Shown piece after piece: positions 19,023 to 28,937 of a DNA stretch of 64,000 nucleotides. Position 1 is the stretch's first letter. Every line of letters begins with the position of its first letter. The translations under genes and the position numbers were made by a program. Source of the stretch: Planctomycetota bacterium (lineage in GTDB: Bacteria > Planctomycetota > B15-G4); the NCBI GenBank assembly GCA_038212275.1, contig JBBQUR010000018.1, forward strand, positions 1 through 64,000, in the 5' to 3' direction. The notes beneath the pieces are model-generated. The model was not told the origin of the DNA, ran no database searches, and was given only the letters and a program-made list of their open reading frames with translations.

Positions 19023-20539
19023 AGGACCTCCCGTGCCACCTGGCGATCGTCGAACGGCAGCACCTGGCTGCCGATCGTCTGCGTGGTTTCGTGTCCCTTG
19101 CCCGCGATGAGCACGATGTCGCCGCCGCGGGCCGCCGCGCAGGCGCGGGCGATCGCGGCGCGACGATCGACCTCGCGCGTGGTGGCCGTGCGCCGGGCTT
19201 CGGGAATGCCGGCAAGGATCTCGTCGAGGATCGACTCGGGATCCTCGCTGCGCGGATTGTCCGACGTGATCACGAGCAGGTCGGCGGCATCGGCCACGGC
19301 GCGCCCCATGGCCGGGCGCTTGGTGCGATCGCGATCGCCGCCGCAGCCGAAGACCACGATGAGCCGGCCGCGCGTGAGCGGGCGCAGAAGGTCGAGCACC
19401 TTTTCGAGCGCGTCCGGAGTGTGCGCGTAGTCCACGAGCACGCGGAAGTCCTGGCCGCACTCGATGCGTTCCACGCGACCCGGCACCTGCGGCAGGCCCT
19501 CGAGCGCGCTGGTGATGAGCGAGGGCGACAACCCGAGCGCCAGCGCCGCCGACGTGGCCGCGAGCGCGTTCATCACGTTGTGCCTGCCGACGAGGCGCGC
19601 ATTCACCGACGCGTCGAGGTCGAACTCCGGCGCCGTGAGGCGGAAGCGCGTGCCCTCCGCATCGAGGCGCGAGATCTCGGCGCGCACGTCGGCGGGCACT
19701 CCGATGCCGTAGTGCAGCACGCGCGCCTGCGTCGAGAGCCGATAGAGGCGCGAGGCCGGGTCGCTCGCGTTGAGCACGGCCGTGGCGCCGCTGTCGAGCA
19801 TCTCGAACAGGCGGCCCTTCGCGGCGCCGTACGACTCCATCGTGCCGTGATAGTCGAGATGATCGGGAGTGAGGTTGGTGAACACGCCGACGTCGAAAGC
19901 GGTGCCGTGCACGCGGCGCTGCATGAGGGCGTGACTGCTGACCTCCATGACGGCGGACGCGAGATTGCTGTCCACCATGCGCGCCAGCAGGAACTGCAGG
20001 TCGATCGCATCCGGAGTGGTGTGGCCGATCTCCTCGTGCTTCTCGCCCACCCACGCGCCGAGCGTGCCGACGAGTCCGCAGCCGCGGCCCTCCATCGTCA
20101 GCATCGAGTGCAGCATGCACGACGTGGTCGTCTTGCCGTTGGTGCCGGTGATGCCGACGACGTCGAGGCGCTGGCTCGGATGCCCGAAGAAACGATCCGC
20201 GAGCACGGCCTTCGCGAGCGGCACGTCGTCGACGCCGACGAACGCGACGTCCGCAGGCAGTTCCGGACGCCGGTCGGAGAGCACCGCCACCGCGCCGCGC
20301 GACAGGGCCTGCTGCACGTGCTGGAAACCGTCGGCGCGCGTGCCGCTGGCCGCGACGAAGAGATCGCCGCGCGAGACCTTCCGGCTGTCGGTGCAGAGCC
20401 CCTTCACGAGCACGTCGGGCCCGGAGATTTCAGTGGACGGAATCGCGTCGGGCAGCAGGTCGCAGAGTGTGGAGAGGGCCAACGTGTTCACGCTGGTCCT
20501 CATTAGGCGGCGAAAAACTGCGTTTTCAAGCGTGGTCAC
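19010..20539 (-). CDS. murE: UDP-MurNAc-dipeptide--meso-diaminopimelate ligase
   Basis: GTNGKTT, MEVSSHAL, DHLDYH, DYAHTPD, GCGGDRD, DNPR (mDAP-type) and AGKGHE motifs; alternative ATG at 20503. Confidence 0.95.
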
Positions 20540-20558
20540 GGCAGAAGTCCTTCACGGC

Positions 20559-22355
20559 TCACGGTTGCGCGTCGCCGATCCCCAGATACGGCACCAGTCG
20601 GTTCAGCATGCGGCCCGTCGGCGGAGCGACCGTCGAAGCCGCGTAAGGGAAACCCTTGGGCTGCTCCAGCACCACCACCAGGGCGATCACCGGCGCGTCG
20701 GTCGGGACCAGTGCGATGAAGGAGTGGGTCTCCTTGCTCTTGTCGCGCTCGTCCACGGTGGTGCCGGTCTTGCCCGAGACCGGGACGCCCGGGACGGCCA
20801 CGCACCTGGCCGCGCCCTCGTCCACCACGGCGCGCATCCAGGTGCGCACCATGTCGGCGTGGAGCTGGCTGAAGACACGGGTGGCGGGAGCGACGGGCAT
20901 TTCCGTGCGGTGGCCCTCCTGATCGCGGTAGGCCAGGATCAGGCGCGGGGCGCGGTAGGTGCCGTCGGCAAGGCTCGCGGTGATGGCAGCCATCTGCAGC
21001 GGAGTGACCGCCACCTCGTGACCGAAGGCCACCGAGGCCAGGGTCTGGTTGCGCGACCAGCTCGCCAGTTTCGTGTACAGGCCGGCCGCCTCCGCGGCCA
21101 CCGGGACGCCCGTCCTGCGGCCGACGCCGAGGGCGCGAATCACGTCGTACACCGGCCGCATGAGCTCGGTGTCCTTGTCATGGCCGGCGGGGAGCAGGCT
21201 GGTCAGGATGCGCGCCATGCCCACGTTGCTGGACTCGACCAGGATCTGCTGAAGACTCAGCATCCCGTTGGGCGGGTAGTGCTCCGGGTGCGTGTCGTGG
21301 ATCCGACGCTTCCCGAAGAGCGCATCGCGGCCGCTGTCGGGCTTGCAGTTCACGGGGCGGTCGGGGTCGCAGAGACCGAGGTCGAGCGCTGCGGCCATCA
21401 TGAACGGTTTGAATGTGGAGCCGGGCGAGTAGACGGTCTGCACGGGACGCAGCACCTGCCCGGCCGCCGTCCACGTACGGGTGTCCGTCGGGTCCAGGCC
21501 CGGCGTGCTGGCCATGGCCAGCACGTCGCCGGTCGCCACGTCGAGCAGCACCGCACTGCCGCCCGCGGCATGCAGCTCGGCGGCCGATCGGTTCAGCTCC
21601 TCCTCGAGGATCTGCTGGGCGACGATGTCCAGCGTGAGCAGCACGTCGAAGCCGTCGAGCGGCTCGAGCGGCTCGCGTTGCGCGTCTGCCATCGCGAAGT
21701 TGCCGGCGCCGTGACGGCTGGGCAGCGTGCCCGGAACGCTGCAGTCGAGAGTCTCCTCCAGCCCGTGCTCGAGGCCCGAGCCGCCGTAGCCGTCGTGGTT
21801 CACGAAACCGAGCAGCGGGCCGGCGCAGGCTCCGAAGGGATAGGCGCGCTGCCAGTCGTGTTCGAAGTCCACGCGGCGCAGGGCTCCCTTCGGGCGATCT
21901 CGTTCGGCGAGCAGCTTGTCGATGAGCGCGGGGTCGGTCACCGGCTTGCCGAGGCGGACGTTGCGCGGGCGGCCGTTGGCATCCGTGGCCAGCATCGCGG
22001 GAGCGAGCTGTCCGGCCGGCGTCCGGACGATGGGTTCAAGGAACTCGGAGATGGCGGTCAGGCTGGCGTAGACCTCGGCCTGCGAGCGTGGCCCCTTCGG
22101 CCCTTGCGTGATCTTCGGCGGCCACACGGTGACGGCAACTTCCTCGACCGACTGCGCAAGCGGCTGGCCGCGCCGGTCGCAGAGGCTTCCGCGGCGCGCC
22201 AGGCGCACTCCCGCCGTGGTGGACTGGCGCTCCTGCTTCGTCGAGGCTTCGGTCGCCGTCGCCACGTGCAGCCACACCAGGCGTCCGAAGAGGCCGAGCA
22301 GCGTGCCGAGCAGGGCTGCCGCGAAGATTCTCACCATGCGTCGGGCGCGGAGCAT
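20559..22355 (-). CDS. ftsI: Class B penicillin-binding protein (FtsI/PBP3-like)
   Basis: N-terminal TM helix; RRGSLCDR, RAYPFG and GSGLE motifs; SxxK (STFK), SxN (SSN) and KTG (GKTGT). Confidence 0.92.
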   Translation of the reverse strand: MLRARRMVRIFAAALLGTLLGLFGRLVWLHVATATEASTKQERQSTTAGVRLARRGSLCDRRGQPLAQSVEEVAVTVWPPKITQGPKGPRSQAEVYASLTAISEFLEPIVRTPAGQLAPAMLATDANGRPRNVRLGKPVTDPALIDKLLAERDRPKGALRRVDFEHDWQRAYPFGACAGPLLGFVNHDGYGGSGLEHGLEETLDCSVPGTLPSRHGAGNFAMADAQREPLEPLDGFDVLLTLDIVAQQILEEELNRSAAELHAAGGSAVLLDVATGDVLAMASTPGLDPTDTRTWTAAGQVLRPVQTVYSPGSTFKPFMMAAALDLGLCDPDRPVNCKPDSGRDALFGKRRIHDTHPEHYPPNGMLSLQQILVESSNVGMARILTSLLPAGHDKDTELMRPVYDVIRALGVGRRTGVPVAAEAAGLYTKLASWSRNQTLASVAFGHEVAVTPLQMAAITASLADGTYRAPRLILAYRDQEGHRTEMPVAPATRVFSQLHADMVRTWMRAVVDEGAARCVAVPGVPVSGKTGTTVDERDKSKETHSFIALVPTDAPVIALVVVLEQPKGFPYAASTVAPPTGRMLNRLVPYLGIGDAQP

Positions 22356-22603
22356 CACGAGCGGGAACCTCCCTTTTTCCGGGCGACCGGATCGTCGCGG
22401 CCGATCTCCTGCCACTCGCGCTGCAGGCGGATCTGCAGGTCGCGCTCGCGGCGATGCAGCGAACTGCGCTGGTGTTCCAGTCGCAGCAGCGCATTGCCCT
22501 CGGTCGCCACGTCGGCCCGGATCGAGACCGTCAGCAGTCCCAGCACCATCAGGGAGGCTCCCGTCAGGGCCGGCTTCCACGGAAAGCGGTCGGGCTCGTT
22601 CAT
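22355..22603 (-). CDS. FtsL-like small bitopic coiled-coil protein (82 aa)
   Basis: Lies between rsmH and ftsI, with overlapping start/stop codons on both sides; TM segment followed by a Leu-heptad stretch. Confidence 0.7.
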   Translation of the reverse strand: MNEPDRFPWKPALTGASLMVLGLLTVSIRADVATEGNALLRLEHQRSSLHRRERDLQIRLQREWQEIGRDDPVARKKGGSRS

Positions 22604-23508
22604 GCGGACTCCCCTGCAGACTTGCGGATGACTCGAAGGCGTGCACTGCGACTGCGGCGATTGCTGCGGCTTTCCTCGCGCGACGGCTGCACCGCCTTGC
22701 GCGTGAGCAACTCGTGTCCCGCCGCGGCGGCCTGCAGCATGAAGGCCTTGACGATGCTGTCTTCGCCGGAATGGAAGCTGATCACCGCCAGCCGGCCACC
22801 GGGGACGAGCAGCGAGAGCGCCTGCGGCAGCGCCTCCTCGAGCAAAGGCAGCTCCCGGTTCACGGCCATGCGCAAGCCCTGGAAGGCGCGCGTCGCCGGG
22901 TGGATCTTGCCGCCGCGTCGGCCGAGCACCGTCTCGATGAAAGAGCGCAGGTCGCCGGTCGAGCGGAAGGGCCGCTGCGTGCGGCGCTCGACCAGGGCGC
23001 GTGCCAGGCGCTGGCCGGACGGCTCGCCGCCCAGGTCGCACAGCGCGGACTCGATGTCGGACGGGCGCGCGTGCTGCAGGAAGTGAGCGGCCGTGTCGCC
23101 GCGCGAGTTGTCCATGCGCATGTCGAGCGGACCATCGCTGCGCAGCGTGAAACCGCGGCCCGGATCATCCAGCTGCATCGACGACACGCCGAGGTCGATG
23201 AGCACCGCGTCGGGGCGCCGGGCCTCGACCGCAAGTCGAGCGAGGCATTCGGAGAAGGTGCCGTGCATCCACGTCGCACGACTGCCGAGACCTTCCGACT
23301 GCAGCCGGTCGCGAGCCAGGTCGAGCGCGAACTGGTCTCGGTCACAGCCGAAGACCATGCCGGTGGGCGCCGTCGCACGCAGGAAGGCTGCTGCGTGCCC
23401 TCCGGCGCCCACCGTCAGGTCGGCCAGGACGTGTCCCGGGGTGGCACCGAGCAGAGCCATCACCTCCCCCGCCATCACGGGGGTGTGGCTCCATGGTGCT
23501 TCAGTCAT
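22600..23508 (-). CDS. rsmH: 16S rRNA m4C1402 methyltransferase
   Basis: HTPVM, DLTVGAGGHA, DLGVSSMQLD, GPLDMRMD, HPATRAFQGLR, ISFHSGED and RSRSARLR motifs. Confidence 0.96.
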   Translation of the reverse strand: MTEAPWSHTPVMAGEVMALLGATPGHVLADLTVGAGGHAAAFLRATAPTGMVFGCDRDQFALDLARDRLQSEGLGSRATWMHGTFSECLARLAVEARRPDAVLIDLGVSSMQLDDPGRGFTLRSDGPLDMRMDNSRGDTAAHFLQHARPSDIESALCDLGGEPSGQRLARALVERRTQRPFRSTGDLRSFIETVLGRRGGKIHPATRAFQGLRMAVNRELPLLEEALPQALSLLVPGGRLAVISFHSGEDSIVKAFMLQAAAAGHELLTRKAVQPSREESRSNRRSRSARLRVIRKSAGESA

Positions 23509-23522
23509 GATCGCACCACCAC

Positions 23523-23966
23523 TCACCGGAACACATCCGTGGCCTGCTTGTCGTATTGCGGGCGGCTGGCCATCTGGCGAGCCTCCCAGGTCTCGGGTTG
23601 CCAGAGTTCGACGCGCTGCCCCACTCCCGCGAAGACGACGCGATCGGTGATGCCGACGAGCGCCTTGAGCGCTTCGGGGAGCACGATGCGTCCGCTGCGA
23701 TCGATCGAGCACGGCTCCGCGCTCGCATAGAAGTTGCGCTGGAAGTCGCGCGTGCTGCTCTGGCCGAGCGGGCTGCTCTCCACGGCCTTTCCCATCTGCT
23801 CGAAACCCGCGGGGGTGTAGAGGAACAGGCAGCGGTCGAGTCCGGCCGTGAGCACCACCTCCTCCGGCGACCCGAGATCGCGGAGCGTGTCCACGATCTT
23901 TCGAGGCACGGAGACGCGGTTCTTCGCGTCGATGGCGTGCGTGTAGCAGCCCGTGAAAAGGTTCAT
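23523..23966 (-). CDS. mraZ: Division/cell wall cluster transcriptional repressor
   Basis: IDAKNRVSVP, IDRSGRIVLP and VELW motifs; first gene of the dcw cluster. Confidence 0.95.
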   Translation of the reverse strand: MNLFTGCYTHAIDAKNRVSVPRKIVDTLRDLGSPEEVVLTAGLDRCLFLYTPAGFEQMGKAVESSPLGQSSTRDFQRNFYASAEPCSIDRSGRIVLPEALKALVGITDRVVFAGVGQRVELWQPETWEARQMASRPQYDKQATDVFR

Positions 23967-24002
23967 CGCTCCCCGAGCCCAACCGGCGGCGGAATCGTCG
24001 AA

Positions 24003-24020
24003 ATCCCACTATATCCCACT
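24003..24020 (-). promoter_or_regulatory. Putative MraZ operator (GTGGG boxes at 10-bp period)
   Basis: Minus strand reads AGTGGGATATAGTGGGAT, about 40 bp upstream of mraZ. Confidence 0.7.
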
Positions 24021-24234
24021 TCACGGGAAAGCTAGGGGCAATGTTCCCTTTTTCTGGAGTTTTCGACGCCCCGACACGGACCGTGGGCCCGATTGCCTTC
24101 CCGTTGACCGCGGCCCCACCCGGAGCGCCGCGCACCGCCGATCACGCACCGCGCCCCCGGACCGCCAACCGGCGCGTGATGCCGAGCCGCCCCGCTCCTG
24201 GCGCCCGCCCGAAGCGCGGGCGTGAAACGGCCTG

Positions 24235-24338
24235 ATGGCGCCGTGGCGCCGTGTCGCCGTGTCGCCATGGCGCAACAGCGCCATGGCGCGACGGCTCCAC
24301 GTTGCGAGGGCGCGAGGGCGCGAGGGCCCGGGGCCCCT
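24235..24338. repeat. Degenerate 8-bp periodic repeat tract
   Basis: ATGGCGCC GTGGCGCC GTGTCGCC GTGTCGCC ATGGCGCA ACAGCGCC ATGGCGCG ... then GCGAGGGC x3. Confidence 0.7.
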
Positions 24339-24474
24339 GCTCGGTCGACGGCCCTCGAGGAGATTCCACCGAGGGCTCGGGCGGACAGGCGATGCGCGCG
24401 TGCGCGCGTCGGGAACGCTCAGCCGATCGGAGCCTCGAACCCGTCTCGCTGCGTTCGGACGGTCAAGCGGGGTC

Positions 24475-25263
24475 TCACGCCGGAGGCGAGTTTTGTCCTC
24501 GTGACCGCTTTCCCGCAGTTCTGCGAGTGCCCGCAACGGCGCGCACACCGGACACGGGCCGCGCCGCAGCTGTCGACACGGCGGCAGGATCCGGCCCTGC
24601 TTCCGGCGCCTGCGACGGGACCCTCGCGGGATCCTTCGTGGACTCGGGGGGCACGTGCGAGCTGGCGCTGATGCCGCCATCGGCAGCGGTCTCGGTATTG
24701 GCAGCGCCGGTGCCTGTCTCCCCACGCTCTGGATGCAGCGCCGCCAGCTCCGGCAGCTCGTGATCGGCCAGGTCGGTGTTCAGAAGCTGTGCGAGCTGGT
24801 CGCGGACCAATCCCAGGTCTTCGGGAGTCAGCAGCGGCGCAGGCACGTCGACACTTGGCTGACCGGCCCCACGCGTGACGACCATGACCTCGCGTCCCGC
24901 GCGGCGCTGAAAGCCCAGCAGCCGCAGGAAACGCTTGCGGATGAGGACCAGCGCCACAAGGTAGGACAGGCGGCGATACACGTCGTCGGGTCGCAGCAGC
25001 ATGCGACCGAAAAGTTCACGCAGCATCGCGTAGTCCACGAGGGCGCGCTGCTGGCCCGATGCGGGACGCCGGTGTGTCCAGAAGCAGACCTCGGGGTCCG
25101 CCACCGCGCGCTCTCCACAGGCTGTGCACAAGTCTTCACGCAGCGGCGCCTCTGCCAGCAGGCGCACCACCGTCGTGAAGAGTTCGCCGGCGACCAGGGG
25201 CTGCTGGCACGTCGCGCAGCAATCACCGGGTCGCGGAAGTTTCCATGCGTCGTTCTGGGTCAC
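24475..25263 (-). CDS. Hypothetical protein with two CxxC pairs and a disordered C-terminal tail
   Basis: CCATC...CTAC; helical YLVALVLIRKRFLRL segment; promoter directly before the GTG. Confidence 0.75.
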   Translation of the reverse strand: MTQNDAWKLPRPGDCCATCQQPLVAGELFTTVVRLLAEAPLREDLCTACGERAVADPEVCFWTHRRPASGQQRALVDYAMLRELFGRMLLRPDDVYRRLSYLVALVLIRKRFLRLLGFQRRAGREVMVVTRGAGQPSVDVPAPLLTPEDLGLVRDQLAQLLNTDLADHELPELAALHPERGETGTGAANTETAADGGISASSHVPPESTKDPARVPSQAPEAGPDPAAVSTAAARPVSGVRAVAGTRRTAGKRSRGQNSPPA

Positions 25264-25269
25264 GGCGCG

Positions 25270-25298
25270 ACGCTAACACAGCTTCGTGAAGCCTCCAA
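25270..25298 (-). promoter_or_regulatory. Putative sigma70 promoter for a leaderless transcript of the 25263 gene
   Basis: TTGGAG-N17-TAGCGT; GTG starts 7 nt after the -10 element. Confidence 0.5.
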
Positions 25299-25374
25299 GC
25301 GCTCACGCCGCGCTGCGTGCGAAGACGCGCCGTGTCCAGCTGGCGGCCGGGCCTTGCAGCGGCCCATGTGCGAG

Positions 25375-25413
25375 TTGAAGGCCGGGCGGGATGCCACTAG
25401 GGTGGCATCCCGC
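25375..25413 (+). promoter_or_regulatory. Putative dnaE promoter overlapped by a perfect 12-bp inverted repeat
   Basis: TTGAAG-N17-TAGGGT; GCGGGATGCCAC-TAGG-GTGGCATCCCGC ends immediately before the ATG. Confidence 0.55.
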
Positions 25414-28400
25414 ATGAGCTTGCAACCCTTCACGCACCTGCACGTGCACAGCCATTACTCGCTGCTTGACGGCGCGATCGGCATCGACACGCTCGTCGGC
25501 GAAGCGGCCCGGCTCGGGATGCCGGCGCTCGCGCTCACGGACCACGGCAATCTCTTCGGTGCGATCGAGTTCTACACCAAGGCGCGCAAGGCCGGCATCA
25601 ATCCGATCCTCGGATGCGAGGCCTATCTTGTGCTCGGCGATGCGACGGCGGAAGCCTCGCCCGGCGAGAAGCAGCCGAGGCACCACATCACGCTGCTGGC
25701 CCGCAACCGCACGGGCTGGGAGAATCTCAGCAAGCTTTCCTCGATGTCGTGGCTGCGCGGCTTCAACCGCAAGCCGCGCATCGACAAGCGCATGCTCGCC
25801 ACGCACGCGGACGGCCTCATCGCGCTGTCGGGCTGCATGTCGGGCGAGATCGCCACGCACCTGACCGCACAGCGCCCTGACGAAGCCGTGCGTGCGGCGC
25901 ATGAATATGCCGAGATCCTCGGGCGCGAGAACTTCTATCTCGAGGTCATGACCACCGGCATCGGCGCGCAGACCGGCATCCGCGACGGCATGGTCGGCGT
26001 CGCGCAGCGCACCGGGCTGCCGATCGTCGCGACCAACGACATCCACTACCGCTGCCAGGGCGACGCGATCGCGCAGGACGCGCTCATCTGCATCGGCACC
26101 GGCCAGAAGATGCACGACGTCCAGCGCCGCTTCCGCATCGAAACCGACCAGCTCTACTTCCGGACGAGCGAGGAGATGGCGGCGCTGTTCGGCGCGGACA
26201 GCGAGGCGTATCGCATGACGGCGGAGATCGCGTCTCGCTGCGACATCCAGCTCGAGCTGCACAAGATGCACCTGCCGCGCTTCGACATCCCGAGCGGCGA
26301 GCCGCCCGAGAACTACATGCGTCGCCTCTGCGAGGCCGGCCTTCGCCGCCTCTACGGCGAGATCACGCCCCCGGTGCGCGAGCGCTTCGAGACCGAGTTC
26401 GCGGTCATCTCGAAGATGGGATTCATCAGCTACTTCCTCATCGTCTGGGATCTCATACGGCACGCGCGCGAACAGGGCATTGCCGTGGGCCCCGGCCGCG
26501 GCTCGGCGGCCGGCTCCATCGTCGCGTACTCGCTCGACATCACGCAGCTGGATCCGCTGCGCTACGACCTGCTGTTCGAGCGCTTCCTGAACGCGGATCG
26601 CATCTCGATGCCCGACATCGACATCGACTTCTGCCGCGATCGTCGCGAGGAGGTGATCGAGTACGCGCGCCGCAAGTATGGCAGCAACCAGGTCTGCCAG
26701 ATCGTGACCTTCGGCACGATGGCCGCGAAGGCCGCCATCCGCGACGCCGGCCGCGTCCTCGACGTGCCGCTGCCCGAGGTGGACCGCATCGCCAAGCGGA
26801 TCCCGGACCTCCCGAAGACCCGCCTGCAGGACGCGCTCGACTCCGACAAGGAATTGTCCGGGATGCTGTCGGGCAGCAAGCAGCTGTCCGAGCTGCGCGA
26901 CGTGAGCCTGCGCATCGAGGGCATGGCGCGCAACACCTCCACGCACGCCGCCGGCGTCGTCATCACCGACCGGCCGCTCGTCGAGCTCGTGCCGCTCTGC
27001 GTGGTGCAGGGCCAGGTCAACACGCAGTTCCAGATGAACGACCTCGAGCAGATCGGCCTGCTCAAGATGGATTTCCTGGGGTTGAAGAACCTCACGATCC
27101 TGCAGAAGGCGACGCAGATCGTGCAGCGCACGCGCGGCGAGACCGTGAACTACGACACGCTCCCGCTCGAGGACCCCGCGACCTACGCGTTGCTCAAGCG
27201 CGGCGACGTGGGCGGCGTGTTCCAGCTGGAATCCTCGGGCATGCGCGAGCTCGTGATGCGCCTCGCGCCCGACTGCTTCCCCGACATCATCGCGCTCATC
27301 GCGCTGTACCGGCCAGGGCCGCTGCAGTCGGGCATGGTGGACAGCTTCGTGCGCCGCAAGCACGGGCAGGAACCGATCGCCTACGAGCATCCGCTCATGG
27401 AGCCGGTGCTGCGCGACACCTACGGCACGATGGTCTACCAGGAGCAGGTCATGCGCCTCGCCCAGGTGCTGGGCGGCATGTCGCTCAACGATGCCGACGG
27501 CCTGCGCAAGGCGATGGGCAAGAAGGACAAGGTCCGCATGGCCAGCTACGAGGCCAAGTTCCTCGCCGGCTGCGCAACCAACGGTCTCGCCACGCACACC
27601 GCCGCCAAGATCTGGTCCGACATGAGCCGCTTCGCCGAGTACGGCTTCAACAAGAGCCACTCGGCGGCCTACGGCCTGATCACCTTCCGCACCGCGTACA
27701 TGAAGGCCCATTACCCCGCCGAGTACATGGCCGCGCTCATGTCCTGCGACGCGGGCAACACCGACAAGCTCGCGGAGTACGTGGAGGAATGCCGGCGCGT
27801 GCAGCGCAAGGTGACCGGGCCCGACATCAACGAGAGCTCGGACGACTTCCGGCCGCAGGGCGACACCGTGCGCTACGGGCTGGCGGCCATCAAGGGCGTC
27901 GGCCAGCGCTTCGTGTCGGCGCTGCTCGCCGCGCGCGCCGAGTGCGGCGGCCGGTTCACGTCCGTGGAGCAGGCGCTCGAGCGCGTGGACAGCCGAAGCA
28001 TGAATCGCGCCAGCTTCGAGGCGCTGGTCAAGGCCGGGGCCTTTGACAGCCTCGGTCCGCATCGAGCCGCGCTCCTCGCCGGCGCCGAGCGTCTGCTGCG
28101 CGACGCCACGGCCGCGCAGGTCGACCGCCTCGCCGGGCAGTCCCTGCTCTTCGGCGGCGGCAGCGGCGGCCCGACCGCGGGAGGCGCGACCGTCGCGACG
28201 CACCTGCGTGCGGACACGGCCCCCCCGCCCACCGACCGCGAGTTGCTCATCATGGAGAAGGAGGCGCTCGGCCTGCACATCTCCGTGGACCCGATGGGTG
28301 AGTATCGCGGGCTGCTCTCGCTCGTGGCCACGCACGAGATGGCCGCCCTGTGCGACGTCGACGATCGCTCCGAGGTGCTGGTCGGCGGCCTGATCGCCTC

Positions 28401-28887
28401 GCTGCGCACCACGGTGAGCAGCAAGGGACGTTCGGCGGGACAGCCCATGGCGATGTGCCGCATCCAGGGTCTCGGCGGCACGGCACAGGCCGTGATCTTT
28501 CCGCGCACCTTCGCGCGCTGCCGCGACCTCGTTCGCGAAGACCAGGTCGCGCTGTTTCGAGCGACGGTGGACAAGAGCCGCGAAGACCCCTCACTGCTCG
28601 TGGAGGACGTGCTCGACCTCGCCGACCCCTCGAAGCTGGGCACGGACCGTCGCCTGGTGCTGGAAGTGATCGGCGCCGACGTCGATGCCGTGCAATGGAA
28701 GCTGCAGGCGCTGCAGGACGTGCTCGCACGGCATCCCGGTCCTGTGGACACCTACCTCGTCGTCGACCGCGAGTCCGGGCGGCGCGCCACGTACCGTCTC
28801 GGCGACGCGCACCGCACCGGGCTGTCGGTGGGCTTCGTGAAGGCGCTCGAGCAGACGCTTGGCGCATCGTGCGTGCACCTGCGCTGA
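25414..28887 (+). CDS. dnaE: DNA polymerase III alpha subunit (1157 aa)
   Basis: HLHVHSHYSLLDG, TDHG, GRGSAAGS, MPDIDIDF, HAAGVVI, KMDFLGL and YGFNKSH motifs; C-terminal OB domain. Confidence 0.97.
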   Translation: MSLQPFTHLHVHSHYSLLDGAIGIDTLVGEAARLGMPALALTDHGNLFGAIEFYTKARKAGINPILGCEAYLVLGDATAEASPGEKQPRHHITLLARNRTGWENLSKLSSMSWLRGFNRKPRIDKRMLATHADGLIALSGCMSGEIATHLTAQRPDEAVRAAHEYAEILGRENFYLEVMTTGIGAQTGIRDGMVGVAQRTGLPIVATNDIHYRCQGDAIAQDALICIGTGQKMHDVQRRFRIETDQLYFRTSEEMAALFGADSEAYRMTAEIASRCDIQLELHKMHLPRFDIPSGEPPENYMRRLCEAGLRRLYGEITPPVRERFETEFAVISKMGFISYFLIVWDLIRHAREQGIAVGPGRGSAAGSIVAYSLDITQLDPLRYDLLFERFLNADRISMPDIDIDFCRDRREEVIEYARRKYGSNQVCQIVTFGTMAAKAAIRDAGRVLDVPLPEVDRIAKRIPDLPKTRLQDALDSDKELSGMLSGSKQLSELRDVSLRIEGMARNTSTHAAGVVITDRPLVELVPLCVVQGQVNTQFQMNDLEQIGLLKMDFLGLKNLTILQKATQIVQRTRGETVNYDTLPLEDPATYALLKRGDVGGVFQLESSGMRELVMRLAPDCFPDIIALIALYRPGPLQSGMVDSFVRRKHGQEPIAYEHPLMEPVLRDTYGTMVYQEQVMRLAQVLGGMSLNDADGLRKAMGKKDKVRMASYEAKFLAGCATNGLATHTAAKIWSDMSRFAEYGFNKSHSAAYGLITFRTAYMKAHYPAEYMAALMSCDAGNTDKLAEYVEECRRVQRKVTGPDINESSDDFRPQGDTVRYGLAAIKGVGQRFVSALLAARAECGGRFTSVEQALERVDSRSMNRASFEALVKAGAFDSLGPHRAALLAGAERLLRDATAAQVDRLAGQSLLFGGGSGGPTAGGATVATHLRADTAPPPTDRELLIMEKEALGLHISVDPMGEYRGLLSLVATHEMAALCDVDDRSEVLVGGLIASLRTTVSSKGRSAGQPMAMCRIQGLGGTAQAVIFPRTFARCRDLVREDQVALFRATVDKSREDPSLLVEDVLDLADPSKLGTDRRLVLEVIGADVDAVQWKLQALQDVLARHPGPVDTYLVVDRESGRRATYRLGDAHRTGLSVGFVKALEQTLGASCVHLR

Positions 28888-28901
28888 GGGCCTGCCGCGT
28901 C

Positions 28902-28933
28902 GCGTGACGCCTCGCATGGCAGGCGCGTCACGC
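28902..28933. terminator. Hairpin between convergent dnaE and the lipoprotein gene (possible bidirectional terminator)
   Basis: GCGTGACGC...GCGTCACGC stem; no U-tract. Confidence 0.4.
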
Positions 28934-28937
28934 CCCC

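Noticed and set aside
25414..28887. Intein in DnaE (also checked NrdJa, RpoB, RpoC)
   Set aside because: Lengths are normal, conserved motifs are contiguous, and no splice-junction or homing-endonuclease motifs are visible
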